NCBI GenBank assembly: GCA_001801745.1
Contig: MGYM01000013.1
Span: 558-37,460 of the forward strand
DNA length: 36,903 nucleotides
Reading direction: 5' to 3'
Source of the DNA: Gammaproteobacteria bacterium RIFCSPLOWO2_02_FULL_38_11
Lineage (GTDB): Bacteria; Pseudomonadota; Gammaproteobacteria; HIGHO2-12-38-15
Below, one piece after another: positions 8,325 to 18,448 of this stretch; positions within the stretch are counted from its first letter, which is position 1; each line of letters opens with the position of its first letter. The notes beneath the pieces were generated by a model, which was not told where the DNA came from, ran no database searches, and worked only from the letters and a program-made list of their open reading frames with translations. The translations under genes and the position numbers were made by a program.

Positions 8325-9364
8325 GCTTGTTTGCTCATTACAGCGTCTTCTAACCAATGATAAAAGGAATTTAATTGTGAGTGATTTTTTGAAATAGTAT
8401 GCACGTAATTTAATGTCCTAGGAATATCATTCAAATACATCGATTTATTATCACGGTAATTTAAACGACTAAAAATGCCTATGGCTTTCAAATGGCGCTG
8501 TATGCCCATCCAGTCTGCCCAACATAAAAAAAGCTCTTGTGATGTTTCTTTTAATTTTTTTCTTTCAAGGGCTTCTTTCTGAAAGTCTACAATCCATTGT
8601 TCTACTTTTTGATCGGGCCAGGCGATATAGCAATCACGGGTCAAAGAAATAAGATCATAAGTAATAGGGCCTAGAACGGCGTCTTGAAAATCTAATACCC
8701 CCACTTGATCATTAGATAGAAGCAATAAATTTCGAGAATGATAATCACGGTGTACGAAAACTTGAGGTTGTTCCAAAGCAGCGTTAATTAGGAAAGAAAA
8801 CGTCTTTTCTATAATTTTTTTTTCGCTGGATGAGAGTCTTAATTCAAGATGTTTTTCTAAAAACCACTCTACAAACAAGGATAATTCCCGTAAAATCATT
8901 TCCTCGTTAAATAAGGGTAGGGTCTGTTTTTCAAGAGAACAACTTTGAATTTGATGCAGGGTTGTGAAAGCAAGTTTATAGAGATGGTGTACAGTGCCTG
9001 CAGTAAGTGTTTGCAGGAATAAATTATCTCCGAGATCAGAAAGAAGCAAGAAACCGTGTTCTAAGTTGCGTTCGAGAATACGAGGTGTCAGCACCTGATG
9101 TTTTTCTAATATCTCTGCAATTTTGATAAAAGATGAAAGGTCCTCCTTTGAAGGTGGGGCGTCCATTGCAACAAAGCTTTGATTGTTGTGGGCAATGCGA
9201 AAATAGCGTCTGAAACTTGCATCACCTGAAAGAAGAGTGAGAGTGAAGTTGGAGTGTAATTTGCTTGCAAGCCATGCTTGCAATTCAAGATATCGCTTGT
9301 CCATTGAAGGAAGAGGTCGATTACGGAAAGCTGGGATTGTACCGTTAAAAAGGTAATCTGTCAT
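8321..9364 (-). CDS. amgK: Anomeric MurNAc/GlcNAc kinase (AmgK-type, aminoglycoside-phosphotransferase fold)
   Basis: The APH/kinase catalytic motifs are HRDYHSRNLL (HxDxxxxN) and LDFQDA. The gene is paired with murU and divergent from lptD, the synteny known from Pseudomonas. The start is uncertain. The 9364 ATG lies 1 nt from the lptD GTG, and the internal ATG at 9304 (MDKRYLELQAWL) is equally plausible. Confidence 0.75.
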   Translation of the reverse strand: MTDYLFNGTIPAFRNRPLPSMDKRYLELQAWLASKLHSNFTLTLLSGDASFRRYFRIAHNNQSFVAMDAPPSKEDLSSFIKIAEILEKHQVLTPRILERNLEHGFLLLSDLGDNLFLQTLTAGTVHHLYKLAFTTLHQIQSCSLEKQTLPLFNEEMILRELSLFVEWFLEKHLELRLSSSEKKIIEKTFSFLINAALEQPQVFVHRDYHSRNLLLLSNDQVGVLDFQDAVLGPITYDLISLTRDCYIAWPDQKVEQWIVDFQKEALERKKLKETSQELFLCWADWMGIQRHLKAIGIFSRLNYRDNKSMYLNDIPRTLNYVHTISKNHSQLNSFYHWLEDAVMSKQA

Positions 9365-9365
9365 T

Positions 9366-11909
9366 GTGAGTCTATTAAAATTTTTTCGATTAGCTATTTA
9401 CCTTGGGGTGATATTCACTCCCTTTGTTTTTGCAGAAGAGCAACAAACACCCCCGACTTCTTTGGCTAAGGAATTAGGTTGGATTATTGATTCGGCCAGC
9501 CCCAATTGTTGTTTTGGTTATTATTACGATCCTTTTGTTAAAATAAAATTAATGCCATTAGAAGATGCGCCTGTGACAGTGGCAGCAGACGGCGGTGTTT
9601 TTCGTCAACAAGGAGGCTCGGTCTTAACGGGTCATGTTGTGATTTCTCAACCGGGAAGGGAAATTACAGCGACGACTGCGACCTTAAATCGAGACACAGA
9701 AAAAGCATCAAATCAAGAAGAGAGTGTCAGCTTAGAAGGGAATGTAACAGTACGTGAACCCGGTAAATTTATATTAGCAAAAACGGGTATTGTCGATTTA
9801 AAAACAAAAATTATACGAATGCAAGAAGCTTATTACCGCATTGCTTTTGGTCGGCAGTTTGAATCAGAAAAAATAACTGGCACCGTGGCATGGGGCAAGG
9901 CTTCGAGTTTTGAACGACAAGCCGATAACATTTTTAATCTTAAAAATGCAAGCTACACAACATGCTCGCCTTTGAATCCAACATGGGTATTGCGTTCTGA
10001 ATCCATTTCTTTAAATCCCAATGTGGGACGAGGTGTGGCAAAAAATGTGATACTTGACGTAAAAAATATTCCTATTTTTTATTTTCCTTATTTTGATTTC
10101 CCTTTAGATAGACGACGACAATCTGGATTTTTATTTCCGACGATAGGCACATCTAATCAACAAGGTTTTAGTTTTATTCAACCTTATTATTGGAATATCG
10201 CGCCAAATTACGATGATACGATCACACCTGCATTTTATGGGAATCGCGGTGTACAACTGAGAAATGATTTTCGTTATTTAACGACAGGCAGTCGAGGTGA
10301 ATTTTATTTTGCGTTTTTGCCAAATGACACAGAATTTGACGAATTTAAAGCGCAAGCTCCCAGTAATTATGCCAACAGTCCTAGTCGTGCAAGCTTGCAG
10401 GCCTTAGAATCAACCAGTAATAATCGTTTCGGATTATCGTTTCAGCATGAAACGAGATTTGATGATCATTGGAATGCGGACATTAATTATAATTATGTGA
10501 ACGATGATTATTATCTTCAAGACTTTGGTTTTATGAAAGGGGTTGTGACACCGAATCAATTATTAAGAGAAGGAGAAATCGTTTATCAGGGAGAGATTTG
10601 GAATTTTAAAGGCTTATTGCAAAATTATTTAACCTTACACCCTGTAAATGAAACGCCGACGCAAAACCAATATAGCCGCATGCCAGAGTTGGATTTGACG
10701 GGTGATTTTCCTACGCGAAAATCCCAATTAAATTTTAATTGGGATTCCCAATTTGTTCATTTTCGAGAAGATACAAATCCCGGTGCAACATTAACATCGC
10801 CGACAGGTGAGCGTTTGAATCTTGTGCCTGCTTTTGATATTCCGTTTGTGAGTATAGGGGGGTATTTTATTCCTTCTGTTCAATATGAATTTACACAATA
10901 TGTTATTAATGGTGAAGTTGCAGCGAACGGTGAAATTTTTACGCCAAATACTATCAATCGTGAATTACCCATCATCGACGTGGACAGTGGAATGTATTTT
11001 GAAAAATCCATGAAATTTAAAAATAAAAAATATACGCAAACCTTAGAACCTCGCTTGTTTTATTTATATGTTCCTTATAAAAATCAAAATGATATTCCTG
11101 AATTTGATACAAGCTTGCAACCGTTTGGATACAATCAATTGTTTTTAACTAACCGATTTAGTGGCATTGACCGTATTGGAGATGCAAATCAATTATCATT
11201 GGGTATGACTTCGCGTTTATTAGATAAATCATCCAATCAAGAGAGAATAAGTTTTAGTTTAGGGGAGGTTTTCTATTTTCAAGATAGAAAAGTAACTTTA
11301 TGCACGGCGCCGGGATGCCATGACATTGATTCTTCCCCAGGTGCAACCTCTGCCACTGCCAGCATATCTCCCTTGGCGGGATTAGTGACTGTGGCATTAA
11401 CCCCTTCTTGGAAGATCAATGGCGGTATTGCTTGGGGGTTTGCAAATTATAAAACGAATAATGCAGAGTTAGGCTTATCTTATCATGGTGTAAATAATCG
11501 TGTTTTTAATATAGGTTATAATTTTTTAACGTTAGGCGATGAAATTCAAACCAATCCTTCTACACCCTCGAGCAGCGCTATCAATAATTTAAATCAAGCT
11601 TTAGTTTCTTTTGCCTGGCCTATCAAAGAACGCTGGCGTATTTTTACAAGTTTAACTTACAATATAAGCCACGTTCATGCCCAAAATTATCTTTATGGAT
11701 TTGAGTACAGCAGTTGTTGTTGGGCTGTGCGTATGGTGGCGGGAAGAGTATTTCAGTCATTGAATCAAAACAATAATCCTGTGTTTAATAATTCTGTTTT
11801 TTTGCAAGTACAGTTAAAAGGCTTAGGTAATTTTGGTACGAGTGACCCAGGGTCATTTTTGTCAAACAATATTGCGGGATACCATGATAATTTTGGAAAA
11901 ACAGTATGA
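9366..11909 (+). CDS. lptD: LPS-assembly outer-membrane protein LptD
   Basis: An 847-aa ORF with a GTG start and a signal peptide (MSLLKFFRLAIYLGVIFTPFVFA/EEQ). It has an OstA-like N-domain and a large beta-barrel C-domain, and sits upstream of surA with an ATGA overlap. Confidence 0.92.
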   Translation: MSLLKFFRLAIYLGVIFTPFVFAEEQQTPPTSLAKELGWIIDSASPNCCFGYYYDPFVKIKLMPLEDAPVTVAADGGVFRQQGGSVLTGHVVISQPGREITATTATLNRDTEKASNQEESVSLEGNVTVREPGKFILAKTGIVDLKTKIIRMQEAYYRIAFGRQFESEKITGTVAWGKASSFERQADNIFNLKNASYTTCSPLNPTWVLRSESISLNPNVGRGVAKNVILDVKNIPIFYFPYFDFPLDRRRQSGFLFPTIGTSNQQGFSFIQPYYWNIAPNYDDTITPAFYGNRGVQLRNDFRYLTTGSRGEFYFAFLPNDTEFDEFKAQAPSNYANSPSRASLQALESTSNNRFGLSFQHETRFDDHWNADINYNYVNDDYYLQDFGFMKGVVTPNQLLREGEIVYQGEIWNFKGLLQNYLTLHPVNETPTQNQYSRMPELDLTGDFPTRKSQLNFNWDSQFVHFREDTNPGATLTSPTGERLNLVPAFDIPFVSIGGYFIPSVQYEFTQYVINGEVAANGEIFTPNTINRELPIIDVDSGMYFEKSMKFKNKKYTQTLEPRLFYLYVPYKNQNDIPEFDTSLQPFGYNQLFLTNRFSGIDRIGDANQLSLGMTSRLLDKSSNQERISFSLGEVFYFQDRKVTLCTAPGCHDIDSSPGATSATASISPLAGLVTVALTPSWKINGGIAWGFANYKTNNAELGLSYHGVNNRVFNIGYNFLTLGDEIQTNPSTPSSSAINNLNQALVSFAWPIKERWRIFTSLTYNISHVHAQNYLYGFEYSSCCWAVRMVAGRVFQSLNQNNNPVFNNSVFLQVQLKGLGNFGTSDPGSFLSNNIAGYHDNFGKTV

Positions 11910-13147
11910 AATTAATAGTTAATTTTATTTTTCTTTTTATTTTTTTATCTCCTTGTTTTGCACAGAGCAAGCCGGTTGATGGTGTTGTTGCGATTGTCAA
12001 TGAAGATGTGATCACGGAAGGTGAGTTGCGCGAACGAATTGAAAACATAAAAAAATCGTTACCTCCTGATGCGGTTTTGCCACCGCAAGCCGAGTTAAGG
12101 GAAAAAGTTTTAAATGAACAGATCAATGCGGTATTGGAATTACAAATTGCGAAAAAAGCGAATATTGCTGTAACAGATGAGCAAACAGAAAACGCGATAG
12201 CCATGGTCGCAAAAAATAATAATATTTCTGCTGCAGAATTGAAACAAAGAATTCAAGAAACAGGCATCCCTTATGATCAATATTTCCAAGAAATTCACGA
12301 TCAATTGGTGATCCATAAGTTACAAGAACAAGAACTTTTGCCTTTAATAAGAATCAGCAATCAAGAAATACAAGATTATTTAAAGTATGCGCCTGAAAAA
12401 ATAAAACCCGCTGAAGATTATCACGTGATAGATTATCTAATTTCGATTCCCGAAGTGCTTACGCCGGAGCAAGAAACGCAATTTCAGATGCAAGCAAATC
12501 AAATATCGCTTTTATTAAAAGCTAATAAATCGATTGCTGATATTTCATCGGTAGAAAAAACAGATTTAGGGTGGCGGCATTTAAATGAATTACCCACCTT
12601 ATTTCAGCCTGTTATTTTAAAGATGCATTTAAATCAAGTAAGCATCGTGAGAGCACCGAATGGATTTCATATTTTGCAATTAGTGGAATGGAAAGGGATG
12701 CCACAAAAGTTAATGCAAGAAATGCATCTTAAGAAAATTTATTTAAAAGAAGATGCCTTGAACGATGCACAGCGTATTAAAAATCGTTTAGTGCAAATAC
12801 GTGCACAAATTGCATCAGGTGGAGATTTCTCTGTGATTGCAAGTCAAATTTCACAAGACCCTGAAAGTCGAATTGAGGGAGGCGATTTAGGTTGGTTAAA
12901 GCCGGGAAGCTACGAACCAGATATTGAAGCCGCGATACGGAATTTAAAACCAGGAGAAGTAAGTCAACCGGTAAAAGTGCAACAAGGCTGGGTTTTAGTA
13001 CAAGTTGTAGGTCGTAGGGATTTACAAAATAAACAAAGTATAAGAGAGGCAGAGGCGCGAGAAGCAATTTTTCAGAGGAAGATCACAGAAAAATTGCAAG
13101 ATTGGCTGAAACAAGCACGAGCACAAGCTTATATTTCTATATTTTAG
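11906..13147 (+). CDS. surA: Periplasmic chaperone / PPIase SurA
   Basis: A signal peptide (MKLIVNFIFLFIFLSPCFA), an N-terminal SurA chaperone domain (DGVVAIVNEDVITEGEL) and two parvulin-like segments (..TDLGWRHL.., ..GGDLGWLKPG..QPVKVQQGWVLVQV). It lies in the lptD-surA-pdxA-rsmA synteny. Confidence 0.9.
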   Translation: MKLIVNFIFLFIFLSPCFAQSKPVDGVVAIVNEDVITEGELRERIENIKKSLPPDAVLPPQAELREKVLNEQINAVLELQIAKKANIAVTDEQTENAIAMVAKNNNISAAELKQRIQETGIPYDQYFQEIHDQLVIHKLQEQELLPLIRISNQEIQDYLKYAPEKIKPAEDYHVIDYLISIPEVLTPEQETQFQMQANQISLLLKANKSIADISSVEKTDLGWRHLNELPTLFQPVILKMHLNQVSIVRAPNGFHILQLVEWKGMPQKLMQEMHLKKIYLKEDALNDAQRIKNRLVQIRAQIASGGDFSVIASQISQDPESRIEGGDLGWLKPGSYEPDIEAAIRNLKPGEVSQPVKVQQGWVLVQVVGRRDLQNKQSIREAEAREAIFQRKITEKLQDWLKQARAQAYISIF

Positions 13148-13315
13148 ATGCGCTTTTCGTACGGTAATGATTCACGACGTGTATTCGAATTCAAGTGAAC
13201 GCGCTTTGCTGTAGGGTGAGTTATTACATGAGATGAGCTTCTCGTAGGTTTTCTCCTAGGCCCATAGCAACTTACTCACAAAAACTGTGGATAAATCTGT
13301 GGAGGACTTGAAAAA

Positions 13316-13465
13316 ATGTTTAAAAAGATGGGTTTTTCATATGGTTTTCCAGAAATGAGCTTGTTTAAAGCTAATAAAACTCATAAAAATCATATACTTA
13401 AAAAAAAGTCCTCGTTTTTGCTTGAAATGTACTGTTCTTCAACGGTTTTTAAAGAGATGGATTGA
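13316..13465 (+). CDS. Candidate 49-aa small ORF (unannotated, hypothetical)
   Basis: My own translation is MFKKMGFSYGFPEMSLFKANKTHKNHILKKKSSFLLEMYCSSTVFKEMD*. GGAGGA at 13301-13306 lies 9 nt upstream of the ATG. The TGA stop shares its A with the pdxA ATG (TGATG at 13463-13467). It is below the ORF track length cut-off and I recognised no homology. Confidence 0.3.
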   Translation: MFKKMGFSYGFPEMSLFKANKTHKNHILKKKSSFLLEMYCSSTVFKEMD

Positions 13466-14439
13466 TGTCTATTGCGATTACATTAGGTGAGCCGGCGGGT
13501 ATAGGGGCAGATATTCTTATACAGCTAGTACAGCGTGCCTGGCCTACGCCCTTGATTGTTTTGGGAGATCCTGATGTTTTATCAGCGCGTGCCAAACTAT
13601 TGGGTTTACCTTTGCAGATTAAAGAGACGGAAGGTTCAGAGCAAACACCCTTGGCGGCAGAAGAAATGTATTGCAAACCTTTTAGTTTTCCTCACCCGGT
13701 GACCCCTGGTGTGCTCAATGCTGCGAATGTGCCTGTATTGCTTGAAATATTGCGTTATGCAGGACAAGCCTGTTTAGAAAAGAAATTTGATGCCGTTGTG
13801 ACAGCGCCGGTTCACAAAAGCATTATCAACGATGCGGGTTTTTATTTTTGTGGACACACTGAGTTTTTTGCAAAACTTGCAAAGGTTAATCGTGTCGTGA
13901 TGTTGCTCATGAACGCGCGATTTAAAATGGCATTAGTAACAACGCATTTACCTTTAAAAAAAGTAGTGGATGCGATCACGCAAGATATGTTGACTGAAAC
14001 GATTGAAATTTTAAATAACGATTTAAAAAAATATTTTAAATTAAAACGGCCACGTATCGCAGTATGTGGCTTAAATCCACACGCAGGTGAAGGAGGTTAT
14101 TTAGGAGATGAAGAAAAAAAAATTATTTCACCTGTTCTGACGGCATTAAAAGAAAAAGGCTTAGACTTACAAGGTCCTTTGTCTGCGGATACGATTTTTA
14201 TGGAAAATGCAGATGTTATTTTAGCAATGTACCATGATCAAGGATTACCTTTATTAAAATTGAGTGATTTTCATCATGCCGTGAATTTAACCTTAGGTTT
14301 ACCGTTTATCCGTGCTTCAGTAGATCATGGCACCGCTTTGAATCTGGCGGGCACAGGACGGGCAGATGCACGGAGTTTGATATCAGCAGTGAAATTGGCA
14401 ATAGAATTAATACATGCTGTAAAGGAAGACAAGCAATGA
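13465..14439 (+). CDS. pdxA: 4-hydroxythreonine-4-phosphate dehydrogenase PdxA
   Basis: PdxA motifs are ITLGEPAGIG, GHTEFFA, CGLNPHAGEGG, MYHDQGL and SVDHGTALNLAG. I chose the ATG at 13465 rather than the track's TTG at 13462. Confidence 0.92.
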   Translation: MSIAITLGEPAGIGADILIQLVQRAWPTPLIVLGDPDVLSARAKLLGLPLQIKETEGSEQTPLAAEEMYCKPFSFPHPVTPGVLNAANVPVLLEILRYAGQACLEKKFDAVVTAPVHKSIINDAGFYFCGHTEFFAKLAKVNRVVMLLMNARFKMALVTTHLPLKKVVDAITQDMLTETIEILNNDLKKYFKLKRPRIAVCGLNPHAGEGGYLGDEEKKIISPVLTALKEKGLDLQGPLSADTIFMENADVILAMYHDQGLPLLKLSDFHHAVNLTLGLPFIRASVDHGTALNLAGTGRADARSLISAVKLAIELIHAVKEDKQ

Positions 14440-15233
14440 TGAAGTTAAATTTTTTACACGGCGCAAAAAAGCGATTTGGGCAGCATTTCATAGTTGAATC
14501 TTCAATAATAGAAACGCTTGTAAAATTTATTATGCCGCAAGCAGAAGACATTATGATTGAAATTGGTCCTGGCCTAGGGGCTTTAACTTTTGCAATATTG
14601 CCCTATGTTAATCATTTGCAAGCCATTGAGTTAGATCGTGATTTGGCGATGCATTTGACACTGTCTAAAGATCCTAAATTAACGATTCATCAACTAGATG
14701 CCTTACGATATGATTTTAAAAAAGGGGTAGATAAAAATAAAAAAATCCGTGTTATTGGAAATTTACCTTATAATATTTCTACGCCTTTATTATTTCACTT
14801 GCTTTCTTTTTCAGAATACATTCAAGACATGCATTTTATGTTACAAAAAGAAGTAGCAGAACGGCTTGTTGGCAAGTGTAGTACAAAAGCCTATGGCCGT
14901 CTGAGTGTCATGGTGGGTTATGTCAGTCAGGTAGCGCTGCTTTCTCTCATACCCCCGACTGCTTTTCATCCCAGTCCTAAAGTGACATCGGCATTCGTTA
15001 GAATAGTGCCTTACACAACGCTACCTTTTGTCGCTTCAGATTTTTCTTTATTTTCTAAAATTGTGCAGCAAGCCTTTAATCAACGTCGAAAAACGTTAAA
15101 AAACAGCTTGCATGCCATCGTAACCCCAGCGCATTTTGAAAAAGCAGAGATTGATTCACAACTCCGCGCAGAAAATCTAGACGTAGAAGGTTTTGTGAAG
15201 CTAACAAATATTTGCAGTCAAGATTCTTTTTAA
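14436..15233 (+). CDS. rsmA: 16S rRNA (adenine1518/1519-N6)-dimethyltransferase RsmA/KsgA
   Basis: Motifs are KKRFGQHFI, the SAM motif EIGPGLGALT, and GNLPYNISTPL. It has an ATGA overlap with the pdxA stop. Confidence 0.92.
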   Translation: MMKLNFLHGAKKRFGQHFIVESSIIETLVKFIMPQAEDIMIEIGPGLGALTFAILPYVNHLQAIELDRDLAMHLTLSKDPKLTIHQLDALRYDFKKGVDKNKKIRVIGNLPYNISTPLLFHLLSFSEYIQDMHFMLQKEVAERLVGKCSTKAYGRLSVMVGYVSQVALLSLIPPTAFHPSPKVTSAFVRIVPYTTLPFVASDFSLFSKIVQQAFNQRRKTLKNSLHAIVTPAHFEKAEIDSQLRAENLDVEGFVKLTNICSQDSF

Positions 15234-16004
15234 TTCTTGCAGTGAGTTTTCAATATTTTCTTTGAATTTCCAGGGTGGGTTAATTAAAAAGATGCCCGAA
15301 CCATTTAAACGTTGTGAAACATCTTTTGAAAAAAGACAAAATTCAATATTTTCTTTTTTATTAAAAGGAAGTTCTTGAAAGGAGCGATAAAATTTTTTAA
15401 GAAGAGGATCGTTTTTAATAGGATACCAGATGGCTGTTGTTCCAAACGCCCATTTTTTATGGATAATAGTGCAAGCTTGAAGGATATGCTCCCATTCGTC
15501 TGATTCATAAGGAGGGTCGATGAAGAGTAAGCCTCTTTTTGTTTTAGGTGGTAACAAAGAAGTAAGTAATTTGTAACCGTCTTCATGGTAAAGATGGGCA
15601 GTGCGGGGAAGATGTGTTTTTAAGTGATGGATAGCGGTTTCATTTTTATCGCATAAATAAAGTGGATTTTTTCGAGTAAGTAACTGATTCGCTATCCAAG
15701 CGGAGCCAGGATAATAACGCAGTGTTGTTGTGTCGTGAGTTAAGTTTAGTTTTTTTATGACATCGAAAAATTGTTTTAGCTTGGTTTGAGGTTGTGCCTG
15801 CCATAAAAGAGAGATACCTGTTTGATAGCTTTGGGTTTTTTGAGAAGGCAGCGCTTTTAAATCATAATAAGCAAACCCAGCATGTGTTTCTAGGTAAGCA
15901 AGGGGTTTCTTTTTTTCTAAAAGAGCTTTTAATAATTCAAACAAAACAAAATGTTTGAAGAGATCAGCGGCTTGGCCCGCGTGATAAGCATGTAAATAAT
16001 TCAT
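15201..16004 (-). CDS. rlmJ: 23S rRNA (adenine2030-N6)-methyltransferase RlmJ
   Basis: MNYLHAYHAGQAADLFKHFVL matches the RlmJ N-terminus, and the catalytic motif is LFIDPPYE. I moved the start to ATG 16004. The 3' end overlaps the convergent rsmA by 33 nt. Confidence 0.85.
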   Translation of the reverse strand: MNYLHAYHAGQAADLFKHFVLFELLKALLEKKKPLAYLETHAGFAYYDLKALPSQKTQSYQTGISLLWQAQPQTKLKQFFDVIKKLNLTHDTTTLRYYPGSAWIANQLLTRKNPLYLCDKNETAIHHLKTHLPRTAHLYHEDGYKLLTSLLPPKTKRGLLFIDPPYESDEWEHILQACTIIHKKWAFGTTAIWYPIKNDPLLKKFYRSFQELPFNKKENIEFCLFSKDVSQRLNGSGIFLINPPWKFKENIENSLQELKRILTANIC

Positions 16005-16015
16005 AGGAATAAAAA

Positions 16016-16561
16016 ATGTCGAATGTAAAACCTTTATGTGTGGATTTGGATGGTACCTTGATTTTCGATGATATGGTACCAAAATCGATATATTTATTAT
16101 TGAAAAAAAACATATTTTATATTTTTCTATTTCCGTTTTGGATGTTCAAGGGATTTGCTTATGTTAAACGACAGGTGGCCAAACGTGTTGAGTTTGATCC
16201 GGCTTCTTTGCCTTATAATCAAACTCTTCTTGGTTTTATAAACCAACAGCGCCAATTAAAAAGAAAAGTGCTTTTGGTAACGGCTTCAGACCAATTAATT
16301 GCAGAAAAAATCGCGAATTTTTTAGGGATTTTTGATGAGGTGATCGGTAGTGATGCAGTGGTGAGCTATTCTGGGGTTCGAAAATTAAAAAAACTTCAGG
16401 AAAAATTTGGTGTAGAAGGATTTGATTATGCGGGGAATGCCTATGTAGATTTAAAAGTTTGGGCGGGATCGCATGAAATTATTATTGTAAGTGATGATGC
16501 TTGTTTAATAAAAAAAGCAGAGAAATTAAATAAGAGAGTCACGGTGTTTAAAGGCATTTGA
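16016..16561 (+). CDS. HAD-superfamily hydrolase (stand-alone, HAD-IB-like)
   Basis: HAD motif I is CVDLDGTLIFDD, followed by LLVTASDQ (motif II-like) and YAGNAYVDLKVW (motif III/IV-like). The protein is 181 aa. Confidence 0.7.
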   Translation: MSNVKPLCVDLDGTLIFDDMVPKSIYLLLKKNIFYIFLFPFWMFKGFAYVKRQVAKRVEFDPASLPYNQTLLGFINQQRQLKRKVLLVTASDQLIAEKIANFLGIFDEVIGSDAVVSYSGVRKLKKLQEKFGVEGFDYAGNAYVDLKVWAGSHEIIIVSDDACLIKKAEKLNKRVTVFKGI

Positions 16562-16580
16562 TGATGAAGAAATTTTTGAT

Positions 16581-18287
<1,707 letters not shown>

Positions 18288-18299
18288 CTAGTATTAAAA

Positions 18300-18328
18300 T
18301 TCGCATTTTTACAAAAATATTGTATGAT
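18300..18328 (+). promoter_or_regulatory. Candidate sigma70 promoter for tRNA-Leu/queA
   Basis: TTCGCA (18300-18305), a 17-nt spacer, then TATGAT (18323-18328), ending 11 nt before the tRNA 5' end. This is a motif match only. Confidence 0.35.
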
Positions 18329-18339
18329 GTTGTCCTTTG

Positions 18340-18426
18340 GCCGGGATGGCGGAACTGGTAGACGCGCCGGACTCAAAATCCGGTGGTGGCAACACCGTGT
18401 CGGTTCGATTCCGACTCTCGGTACCA
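18340..18426 (+). tRNA. tRNA-Leu (anticodon CAA), class II with long variable arm, CCA encoded
   Basis: GCCGGGATGGCGGAACTGGTAGACGCGCCGGACTCAAAATCCGGTGGTGGCAACACCGTGTCGGTTCGATTCCGACTCTCGGTACCA. The acceptor stem GCCGGGA/TCTCGGT has two G-U pairs. The anticodon stem is CCGGA/TCCGG with loop CTCAAAA. It has a T-arm GGTTCGATTCC and a long variable arm typical of Leu. Confidence 0.9.
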
Positions 18427-18448
18427 AAGAAATGAAAGGTGTGACGCA

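Noticed and set aside
11785-12204. A 139-aa antisense ORF across the lptD/surA junction, and many other 60-112-aa antisense or alternative-frame ORFs. Examples are 2119-2445, 2354-2545, 3189-3404, 4796-5014, 5508-5813, 9106-9288, 12777-13067, 13449-13676, 14306-14551, 15305-15586, 16526-16747, 18255-18542, 18263-18499, 18828-19076, 20210-20401, 21515-21754, 21619-21951, 22473-22721, 23533-23754, 24755-24967, 26013-26228, 27083-27376, 27352-27588, 27470-27706, 29344-29526, 29792-29980, 30886-31224, 30962-31231, 31413-31598, 32837-33115, 33145-33342 and 33167-33412.
   Set aside because: Each is fully embedded in, or overlaps, a confidently identified conserved gene. They have low-complexity or odd composition and no recognisable motif, so they are shadow ORFs.
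13286-13294. The perfect DnaA box, considered as evidence for the replication origin.
   Set aside because: It is a single box, with no cluster of boxes, no AT-rich 13-mer DUE array and no dnaA/dnaN/gidA context.
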